Below, piece after piece: positions 7,558-19,355 of a DNA stretch of 19,964 bases (position 1 is its first letter; every line of letters starts with the position of its first letter). The stretch covers positions 1 to 19,964 of the forward strand of contig DASRJX010000134.1 of assembly GCA_035649235.1 (NCBI GenBank). The letters are read 5' to 3'. The stretch is from Candidatus Cryosericum sp. (GTDB lineage: Bacteria > Acidobacteriota > Polarisedimenticolia > Gp22-AA2). The notes beneath the pieces were generated by a model. The model did not search any database and was not told where the DNA came from. It saw only the letters and a list, made by a program, of their open reading frames with translations. Both the position numbers and the translations under genes were made by a program.

Positions 7558-8271
7558 ATGTCGACGGCGCGAACGCCGCTCTGGGTGCGGTGTTGGGGCG
7601 GGGCCGCGGTGCTCCTCGCGGTATTGGTGTGCGCTGTCTCGTCCCCGGCCGTCGATCGCGGAGTCGAGAGAGCCCTCGCCACCATGCGGCCCGACTACAG
7701 GGTCTACGTGCGCGACATCCGGCCCCTCGAGGGGGACGCGCGGGCGTCGGCGAAGGTGCTCTACATGGCCCTCGTCCGTCCGGGAGCCTCCGATCCGTCG
7801 CGGAGCGAGAACGCCCCCTTCCTGGGGCCGGGGGCACGCAACGACATCCTCTACGATCCGACGCTCTTCGAACCGGGTGGCAGCGCCGGGTGGGTCCTGC
7901 TCCTCCTGGATCACGAGTACTTCCACGCGCGACACCTGGCGGGCGCCACCGGCCTGCCGGTGCCGCCGCGCGCGACGGTGGCGATGGAGAGCCACTTCTA
8001 CGAAGCCGCCGCCTGGGGATTCAACGTCGCCCAGGCTCGCTCCGGCCGCTATCCCGGCCTGAGCGAGGAGGAGTTCCGCGAGGCGCTCGACCGCTACGGC
8101 GAGCACTACCGGGCCCTGCGCGACCTGACGCGCGAGGGGGGGTTGGAGACCTGGGAGCGCCTGGAGGCGCGCCTGCGCCACCCGGAAGACCTGCTCACGA
8201 CGAACGGCTCACCTGCGCCAGAAGCTCCCGCGCATCCTTCTGACCCGGATCCATCAGCAACGATTCCTTGA
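7558..8271 (+). CDS. Hypothetical signal-anchored protein with HExxH (zincin-like) motif
   Basis: 237-aa ORF with very high GC3 across 7558-8190. N-terminal hydrophobic segment AAVLLAVLVCAVSS. Contains DHEYFHARH (HExxH) and a downstream ESHFYE glutamate. The last 77 nt (8195-8271) overlap the 3' end of the convergent gene, and GC3 falls there. Confidence 0.55.
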   Translation: MSTARTPLWVRCWGGAAVLLAVLVCAVSSPAVDRGVERALATMRPDYRVYVRDIRPLEGDARASAKVLYMALVRPGASDPSRSENAPFLGPGARNDILYDPTLFEPGGSAGWVLLLLDHEYFHARHLAGATGLPVPPRATVAMESHFYEAAAWGFNVAQARSGRYPGLSEEEFREALDRYGEHYRALRDLTREGGLETWERLEARLRHPEDLLTTNGSPAPEAPAHPSDPDPSATIP

Positions 8272-11032
8272 GATACTGCACCGCCTTCCCGGTCTGACGG
8301 TCCTGCAGGTAAGCGAGCGCCAGCGCGTTGAACAGCGTGGTGCTGCGCGCCCCCTTGCCCCGCGCCGTCTCCAGGGCGGCGATCGCCTCCTTGGGGTGGT
8401 TGAGCCGCCCCTGCGCGGCCCCCAGGTTGACCCAGGCTTCGAGATTGTTCTCGTCCTTCCGGATCGCGCGCGTCAGAATCTCGACGGCCTCCTGGAGTCT
8501 TCCGGAACGGCCGTACATGGCCCCGAGGTTGGCCATGGTCGGGGCATAGTCCGGATCGATCTCCATCGCCCGCCGGAACTCCTTCTCGGCTCCCGGCAGA
8601 TCCTTGTGCCATTCGTGGATCAATCCCATCCAGTTGTGGTGCACGACGGACTGGTCGTTGAGGGCCATCCCTCTTCTGACGATCCCTTCCAGGTTCGGGA
8701 TCTTGTCGGTCCCTTCGTACAGGGTGTGGAGCTCGGCCAGGGGCTCGCCGAGGGCCGGATCGAGCCGCAGCGCCTCCAGGAGCTCCTTTTCGGCGCCGGC
8801 CTTGTCGCCGCCCCTCAGAAGGAGGAACCCGAGGGCGGCGTGGATCTCGCCGATCTCCGGATGCGCGCGGGACAACTCGCGCAGGACCGGGAGACCGTCG
8901 GCCGTCCGGCCCGCCTCCGCGTAGATGCGCGCCAGCTGCGTGTAGGCCTGCTTCTCGCCTGTCGGGTCGAGGGCCAGGACGCGGCGGCAGGTCTCGAGCG
9001 CGAGCGGGTAGCGCTTCCGCGCCTGCGCGATCTGCGTCTTGAGGATCAAGGCAGGAACCAGGTCGGGCGCGGCGCGTAGCGCCACCTCGACCGCGGCTTC
9101 CGCCTTGTCGTAGTCCTTGGTCTTGAGCAGGAGCGCCGCTTCGTTGATGTGCGCCGTAACGAAGGTTTGGTCTTGACCGGCGGCGGAAGACGAAGCCCCG
9201 CTCGCACCCGTTCCCTCCGGCCCACCCGCGGGACTTCCGGCCCCCCCGATGTAGCCGAGCGAGCGCAGCTTCTCGATCATCTCCGCTTCCACGCGGCTGT
9301 CGGCCACGAGGTCCGCCGCTGGACGGGCGCCGCCCAAGGCCTCGTACGACGGCACGGTCCGCTGCGGGAAGCGTCTCAGGAAGCGTTCCGCGATCGCCTC
9401 CTCCAGAACGCGGCCGGGCATGTCCTCGGCCTCCGGAAGGCCCAGCAGGTAGAGCACCGTCGGCGTCACGTCCAGCAGGCTCGAGGTGTCGAGCCGCCCG
9501 GGGCGGATCGCCGGGCCGGACAGGATTACGATGCCGTACTGGCGGTGCCAGAGGCCCGGCTTCCCCTCGATGTACGGCGGTTCGTCGACCGGCCGCCCGC
9601 CACCGTTGCGGAAACCATGATCGGACAACAGGATGACGTTGGTGTCGGGCGCGAGCCTCGCCAGGACCTGGCCGAGGAGTCGATCCTGATACCGGTAGTA
9701 CGACTCCACGGTCCCCCGGTATCTCTCGTAGTCCTCCTGGCTGACCATCGCCATCTTCGGAGGCATGTAGTGCGCGAAGCGGTGGCAGACCTCGTCGATC
9801 CCCTGGTAGTAGACGCTGAAGAGGTCCGGCTGGCCGCGCGACAGAAGGTCGAGCGCCACCGCCTGGTAGCTCCGGGCGCCGGCGACGATGCCCGCCAGGC
9901 GTCGGAACTCCGCCGGCGTCGCATCGGCGAGATCCTTCAGCTCGGCGTCCGGAATTCCCGCTGCGTCCTGGAGCCGCGGCCGGATTTCCTGGAAGTATCC
10001 GGGCGGCCACGTGGCCCCGGCGCCGTCGTTCTCCCGCTTGTCGACGAAGGAGAACGTGCTGTAGGCGACCCGATCCGACACCATGTAGCCGTCCACTTCC
10101 TCGGCCGGCCAGGTCGCCCACCAGGCGACGAACGCCGATTTCCGACCGGCGTCCGTGAGGATGTTCCAGAGCGCCTTGACCTTCCGGCTCCGGCTCGGGA
10201 CCGGGACGGGCTTGCCGGTCGAGGCGTCCCGCATGAGGAAATCGATGATGCCGTGCTGTTCGGGAGGCCGGCCCGTCGCCACCGTGGTCCAGAGAAGCGG
10301 CGACAGCATGGGATTCATCGATTTCATGTTCCCCCAGGCGCCCTGCGACTTCAGGCGGGACAGGTTGGGGAGGAGGCCGCGCGCGATCAGCGGATCGATG
10401 ATCTCCCAGTCGGCGCCGTCGAGACCGATGAGGGCGACGCGCTCTCCCGTGTCCTGGATCCGGTCCCGCAGAGCGCGCGAGGCCAGCGCCGTTCGAAGGC
10501 CGGGAGGGCCGACGACCGGCCCCAGGACGACGGCGACCCGCTCGAACCCCAGCGATTCGACGGCCTCCCGGACCTTCCGCTCGGCTTCGTCGCGCCGCTC
10601 TCCCAGGACGAGCGACTCTCCCGAACGACCCTCTCCCCACGCCGAGAGCGTCCGGCTCGCGGCCAGGCCCAGGCTCGCCTCCGGCCCGTCCGGCCGGCCG
10701 CTGTCGCCCAGCAGCTCCGCCAGGCGGGCATCGGAGATGGAGGCCCGCACGTCGTAGGTGATCTCGAGATCGGCGCCCTCGCTCGAACGGAGCGGGACCT
10801 TCCCCTGCGCCCCGATGGGATCGGCGGGCGCGCGCACCACGTGTTGCAGCAGCGGCACGACGAAATGGAAGCCGGGAGAAAGCGGCGCAGTGCCCCTTCC
10901 GAGGCGCGTCACGCGGAAGGCGCGATCTCCAGGCCTGATGATGTGGAAGGAGACGATCGCGAGCGCGACCGCCGACAGGATCGCCACCAGGGCGGCCAAG
11001 CGCTGCATCCTTGGTCGCGCGGCCTTGGCCAT
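8195..11032 (-). CDS. Membrane-anchored fusion protein: SPFH/band-7-like domain + alkaline-phosphatase-superfamily (type I phosphodiesterase/nucleotide pyrophosphatase-like) domain + C-terminal TPR repeats
   Basis: TM helix LAALVAILSAVALAIVSF. SPFH-like IIRPGDRAFRVTRLGRG...PGFHFVVPLLQHVV, as in the HflC/HflK N-terminus. AP-superfamily blocks LIGLDGADWEIIDPL, NPMLSPLLWTTVATGRPPEQHGI and ILLSDHGF. G/S-rich linker. At least six TPR-like repeats in the C-terminal ~320 aa. ATG at 11032..11030 with GGGAG 12 nt upstream; an alternative GTG start at 11074 is the ORF-track start. Confidence 0.8.
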   Translation of the reverse strand: MAKAARPRMQRLAALVAILSAVALAIVSFHIIRPGDRAFRVTRLGRGTAPLSPGFHFVVPLLQHVVRAPADPIGAQGKVPLRSSEGADLEITYDVRASISDARLAELLGDSGRPDGPEASLGLAASRTLSAWGEGRSGESLVLGERRDEAERKVREAVESLGFERVAVVLGPVVGPPGLRTALASRALRDRIQDTGERVALIGLDGADWEIIDPLIARGLLPNLSRLKSQGAWGNMKSMNPMLSPLLWTTVATGRPPEQHGIIDFLMRDASTGKPVPVPSRSRKVKALWNILTDAGRKSAFVAWWATWPAEEVDGYMVSDRVAYSTFSFVDKRENDGAGATWPPGYFQEIRPRLQDAAGIPDAELKDLADATPAEFRRLAGIVAGARSYQAVALDLLSRGQPDLFSVYYQGIDEVCHRFAHYMPPKMAMVSQEDYERYRGTVESYYRYQDRLLGQVLARLAPDTNVILLSDHGFRNGGGRPVDEPPYIEGKPGLWHRQYGIVILSGPAIRPGRLDTSSLLDVTPTVLYLLGLPEAEDMPGRVLEEAIAERFLRRFPQRTVPSYEALGGARPAADLVADSRVEAEMIEKLRSLGYIGGAGSPAGGPEGTGASGASSSAAGQDQTFVTAHINEAALLLKTKDYDKAEAAVEVALRAAPDLVPALILKTQIAQARKRYPLALETCRRVLALDPTGEKQAYTQLARIYAEAGRTADGLPVLRELSRAHPEIGEIHAALGFLLLRGGDKAGAEKELLEALRLDPALGEPLAELHTLYEGTDKIPNLEGIVRRGMALNDQSVVHHNWMGLIHEWHKDLPGAEKEFRRAMEIDPDYAPTMANLGAMYGRSGRLQEAVEILTRAIRKDENNLEAWVNLGAAQGRLNHPKEAIAALETARGKGARSTTLFNALALAYLQDRQTGKAVQYLKESLLMDPGQKDARELLAQVSRSS

Positions 11033-11074
11033 GATCCGAACACGCTCCCGGGAACGCGAGCCGGCGCCTCTCAC

Positions 11075-11112
11075 GCCAGCGCGAGTATAGCATCCGGTTC
11101 AGGCGCCATCGG
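11075..11112 (-). promoter_or_regulatory. Conserved upstream element, copy B, with extended -10-like TGCTATACT; candidate promoter in the divergent intergenic region
   Basis: The minus strand reads CCGATGGCGCCTGAACCGGATGCTATACTCGCGCTGGC|GTG. About 26 of 33 nt match copy A at 7455-7490. It lies between the divergent 11032(-) and 11188(+) genes. Confidence 0.4.
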
Positions 11113-11187
11113 GCCGCCTGCGGCGCCGGCGGCCCCCGTCATCACGGCAACGGCCTGTCATCCGGACGACAGGAGCGAATCAGTATC

Positions 11188-13287
11188 GTGAACCTCGAAA
11201 CCGGCATGGCCGCCGCCTGTCAAAGGACCGATCTTCTCCCATGGGTCCACCCGACCAGGAATCGGACACATGTCGCCGGGGTGGGCCGGCGTTCGGGGAT
11301 CGGTGCCATGAACTTGAGCCGGACACATAAAGCCAGGATCTACATCTTCGGCCTCGTTCTCGCGGGGCTGGGCACCCCCCTCCTGTCCTGGCTGCACCGG
11401 GGCCATCCGGATCGCCTCCGCCTGTCCCTCGAGGCGGCGGGCGCCATGACCGCGTCACTCCTCTGCTTCATTTACGCGCGACGCCGCTACCGCGAGCAGG
11501 TCCGGCAGGCCCGCCGGCACAGCAACGAGATGGCCGAGCTCTATCTCTCCGTCATCGAGGCCCTGGCGCTGGCGATCGAGGCCAAGGACCGATCGACGCA
11601 GCGCCGCCTGCGGCGCGTGCAGGCATTCGCCGCCGAAATCGGCCGCATGATGGGGCTGGGCAAGACCGAGCTCGAGGCGCTCCGCGCCGGAGCCCTCCTG
11701 CACGACATCGGCAAGGTGGCGGTTCCCGAGTACATCCTGTGCAAGCCGGGACGTCTGACGCCGGAAGAGTTCGAGAAGATGGCGATCCATCCGAGGGTTG
11801 GCGCGGAGATCCTGGAGCGCGTCCGGTTCCCGTACCCCGTGGCGCGCGTGGTCCGTTCGCACCACGAGCGGTTCGACGGGACCGGCTATCCCGACGGCTT
11901 GCGGGCGGACCAGATTCCGCTCCCGGCGCGCATCCTGGCGGTCGTCGACTCGTTCGACGCGCTGACCTCCGAGCGCCCCTACCGCCGGCCGCTGTCGCGC
12001 GACGAAGCCGTGGCCCAGATGCGGGAAGGCGCCGGCACCGCGTTCGATCCCGAGGTCGTCCGGCTGTTCCTCTCCCACCTCGACCGCCTGGAGCACCTGG
12101 CGGACGAGCAGACCAGCCAGGCCGGGCCTCCGGCCGACCGGCAGGGCGCTCCCCCGGCCATGGAGCCCGTCGCCTCCGACCGCGCCCCGTTGAGCCCCTC
12201 CACCGTCCAGACAATCGCCTCCGTGCACCTCGAGAGCACCGGCTTGTACGAGATCGCGCGCGGCATGACGCGCAGCCTGGACCTGGACGAATCCATGGGT
12301 CCCCTGGCGGAGACCCTGGCGCGCCTGGTGCACCATCGACGCCTGATCCTGTTCCTCGTCGACCGCGAGCGGCGAACGCTGCGGGCCCGGCACGTCACGG
12401 GCCCCGACGCCGCGGCACTCTCCCGCCTGGAGGTGCGGTTCGGAGAAGGCACGAGCGGCCGCGCCGCCCAGCAGCGGCAGCCGGTGATCGCGGGGCCGGC
12501 CTCGGACGAGTCGGCGGAGATCGTCCGGCACGATTTCGACCTCCTGCTCGCTTCGGGCACGGTCGAGCCGACGCCGAACGCCCTGGCCGTGCCCTTGCTC
12601 GACGGTGAGCAGATCATGGGGGCCCTGGCGCTCTACGACGCCGAGGATCGGCCCTATGGCCTGACCGACGCGCGGACCCTGACGGTCGTCGCCCGGCACC
12701 TGGCGGAGGCCGTGCGCAACGCCGTCCTGTACGAGCGGACGCAGAAGAGCGCCATGACCGATCCTCTCACCCGGCTGCCGAACGCGCGCTTCCTGTTCGG
12801 GAGCTTCGACCGTGAGATGGCCCGCGCAGAGAAGCTCGGCGCACCGCTCGGCATCATCGAGCTGGACGTGAACCACTTCAAGCTGATCAACGACCGCTTC
12901 GGACATCCGGCCGGCGATCGCGTGCTGCGGGGCGTGGCGCGCGCCATCCGCAGCCAGCTCCGTCCCAACGACACCTGCGTGCGCTACGCCGGCGACGAGT
13001 TCATCATCACGGTCCCCGGCGTGGGGGGGACCGGCATCGAGGCGGTGCAGGCGCGCATCGAGGTGGCGATCGGAAGGCACAAGTTCGCGGTGGCCCGCGG
13101 CCAATCGATCCGCGTGACGGTGAGCATGGGCGCCGCCTGCTACCCGGAGGACGGCCGGACCTACGAGTCCCTGATCTCCGTCGCCGACGCCCGCATGTAC
13201 ACCGAGAAGTTCTCGCGGCGCGGAGCCGGCGCCGACCCCGGCCTCCTTCTGAGGTTCCCCGGCCGGACCGACATCTCGGTCAACTAG
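11188..13287 (+). CDS. Membrane c-di-GMP signalling protein: 2 TM + HD-GYP phosphodiesterase + GAF + GGDEF (AGDEF variant) domains
   Basis: HD-GYP signatures HDIGK and HHERFDGTGYP. GAF-like region with GEQIMGALALYD. GGDEF domain DPLTRLPN...DVNHFKLINDRFGHPAGD...RYAGDEFIIT with an RxxD I-site (RPND) upstream of AGDEF. GTG start at 11188 with AGGAG 12 nt upstream. Alternative ATG starts at 11206 and 11308; the latter has GGGGA upstream and begins directly before the TM helices. Confidence 0.85.
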   Translation: MNLETGMAAACQRTDLLPWVHPTRNRTHVAGVGRRSGIGAMNLSRTHKARIYIFGLVLAGLGTPLLSWLHRGHPDRLRLSLEAAGAMTASLLCFIYARRRYREQVRQARRHSNEMAELYLSVIEALALAIEAKDRSTQRRLRRVQAFAAEIGRMMGLGKTELEALRAGALLHDIGKVAVPEYILCKPGRLTPEEFEKMAIHPRVGAEILERVRFPYPVARVVRSHHERFDGTGYPDGLRADQIPLPARILAVVDSFDALTSERPYRRPLSRDEAVAQMREGAGTAFDPEVVRLFLSHLDRLEHLADEQTSQAGPPADRQGAPPAMEPVASDRAPLSPSTVQTIASVHLESTGLYEIARGMTRSLDLDESMGPLAETLARLVHHRRLILFLVDRERRTLRARHVTGPDAAALSRLEVRFGEGTSGRAAQQRQPVIAGPASDESAEIVRHDFDLLLASGTVEPTPNALAVPLLDGEQIMGALALYDAEDRPYGLTDARTLTVVARHLAEAVRNAVLYERTQKSAMTDPLTRLPNARFLFGSFDREMARAEKLGAPLGIIELDVNHFKLINDRFGHPAGDRVLRGVARAIRSQLRPNDTCVRYAGDEFIITVPGVGGTGIEAVQARIEVAIGRHKFAVARGQSIRVTVSMGAACYPEDGRTYESLISVADARMYTEKFSRRGAGADPGLLLRFPGRTDISVN

Positions 13288-13370
13288 CCCGGGGTCACCG
13301 GGCCAGACGAGGCTCCGTCTCAGGTAGGCCTTGCGGCCGCCGGTGAACGGTAGTACTTTCCCTCAACTCC

Positions 13371-18617
<5,247 letters not shown>

Positions 18618-18671
18618 GTCCACCGATAACCGGGCGCTCCGTGCAGCGCGACCGGTCCGCACCCCTGGTTC

Positions 18672-18772
18672 AGTCTCATGTAGGGGAATCACCCGACGAC
18701 AAGCCATAAGTGCTTGTATTTGAACGTGATACGCACAGTCTCAAAACTGAATTCTCCAAGTCTCATGAGACT
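18672..18772. promoter_or_regulatory. Cluster of CAGTCTCA repeats including a perfect 14-bp palindrome (AGTCTCATGAGACT, 18758-18771); candidate upstream activator sequence
   Basis: AGTCTCA occurs at 18672-18678, 18736-18742 and 18758-18764, with the inverted copy GAGACT at 18766-18771. The cluster sits in an AT-rich intergenic region about 170-270 bp upstream of the sigma-54 promoter candidate and directly downstream of the bEBP gene. Confidence 0.35.
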
Positions 18773-18776
18773 GCAT

Positions 18777-18789
18777 CCAAATGATTGAT
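18777..18789 (-). promoter_or_regulatory. IHF-like site (bottom strand AATCAATCATTTG matches WATCAANNNNTTR)
   Basis: Consensus match read from the sequence. A second perfect 12-bp palindrome, CGAGATATCTCG, lies at 18796-18807. Confidence 0.25.
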
Positions 18790-18940
18790 TTATAACGAGA
18801 TATCTCGCCATAGCACTCTCAAATGGCCAAACCCGACCCCGCCAGATGCTGCCACCGCACCGCTCCAGTCCATCTTGTAACGCTCTAAATATTTCCACTG
18901 CAATATGTTACGTCGCTGATTCTGGTCCGGAATACAACAT

Positions 18941-18956
18941 TGGCATTGCCATTGCT
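18941..18956 (+). promoter_or_regulatory. Sigma-54 (RpoN) -24/-12 promoter candidate TGGCAT-N5-TTGCT
   Basis: TGGCATTGCCATTGCT: GG at 18942-43 and GC at 18954-55 have the canonical 10-nt separation. Against the consensus TGGCACG-N4-TTGCW there are mismatches only at weakly conserved positions. The predicted TSS is about 18967, 37 nt upstream of ATG 19004, which has a GGGAGG RBS. Confidence 0.5.
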
Positions 18957-19003
18957 CTTAGGGTCGGCAGCGGGCTGATGAGCCTATTGGGGAGGATGCG
19001 ACG

Positions 19004-19267
19004 ATGAACAGAATGACGAGAGTCCTGGCGGTGGCGGTGGTTCTGGCAGTGATGGCCCTGGGTCCGACGATCTCGATGGCGGCCCCAGCAAACGGCGGTT
19101 CGGTCGCCCTCGGACACGCCTCCGGCTTTTCTTCGATTCTGGAGCTGTTCGCGAGGCTCCTCGGTCTAGCTTCGACCCCGGCTTCTTCCACGGTGTCGCC
19201 GATCGGCGCCGGGGATGTGTCGACCGAGGGTGCGATTTGGGGGTTCTGCCGCGGCGTCAACTGCTAA
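19004..19267 (+). CDS. Small secreted peptide/protein precursor (87 aa) with C-terminal Cys-x4-Cys loop
   Basis: GGGAGG RBS 8 nt upstream of the ATG. Signal peptide MNRMTRVLAVAVVLAVMALGPTISMA|AP. Mature ~61 aa with an amphipathic stretch FSSILELFARLLGLAS and C-terminal WGFCRGVNC. A strong terminator follows immediately. GC3 is about 65 %, lower than core genes. Confidence 0.6.
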   Translation: MNRMTRVLAVAVVLAVMALGPTISMAAPANGGSVALGHASGFSSILELFARLLGLASTPASSTVSPIGAGDVSTEGAIWGFCRGVNC

Positions 19268-19285
19268 CCCGCTGACTTGGATCTG

Positions 19286-19319
19286 AAGGCCCCCCGCCAG
19301 GGGGGCCTTTTTCTTTCTT
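19286..19319 (+). terminator. Rho-independent terminator
   Basis: Hairpin GGCCCCCC-GCCA-GGGGGGCC (19288-19307) followed by TTTTTCTTTCTT, 20 nt after the TAA stop of the small peptide gene. Confidence 0.8.
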
Positions 19320-19347
19320 GACCTACTCCCACCTGGTTCCCTAGATT
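19318..19347 (+). promoter_or_regulatory. Candidate sigma-70-type promoter TTGACC-N18-TAGATT for the downstream kinase gene
   Basis: TTGACC at 19318-19323 and TAGATT at 19342-19347. The ATG at 19356 lies 8 nt after the -10, consistent with a leaderless transcript, and there is no SD sequence. Confidence 0.3.
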
Positions 19348-19355
19348 TCCGACTC

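Noticed and set aside
7417-8181. 254-aa minus-strand ORF, together with the 7449-8243 plus-strand ORF, competing with the 7558-8271 gene
   Set aside because: GC3 is highest in the 7558 frame, which also has a signal-anchor and an HExxH motif. The competitors are Arg/Pro-rich.
8106-11093. 995-aa minus-strand ORF in another frame of the SPFH-AP-TPR gene, plus the 9149-11191 plus-strand antisense ORF
   Set aside because: Extremely Arg/Gly/Pro-rich translations. The 8195-11074 frame carries coherent SPFH, AP-superfamily and TPR motifs.
11455-13104. 549-aa antisense ORF within the HD-GYP/GGDEF gene, plus the 11552-12214, 11739-12608 and 11979-12617 ORFs
   Set aside because: Shadow ORFs of a gene with unmistakable HD-GYP and GGDEF signatures.
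18663-18687. Hairpin CCCCT-N15-AGGGG just after the giant gene, considered as a terminator or tRNA-like T-arm
   Set aside because: No downstream U-tract and no cloverleaf can be built. More likely part of the repeated CAGTCTCA regulatory cluster, since it contains one copy.
18689-18898. 69-aa minus-strand ORF in the AT-rich spacer, plus the 18908-19117, 18958-19260 and 19166-19381 ORFs
   Set aside because: No RBS, in AT-rich probable regulatory DNA, or antisense to the well-supported small peptide gene and its terminator. No motifs.
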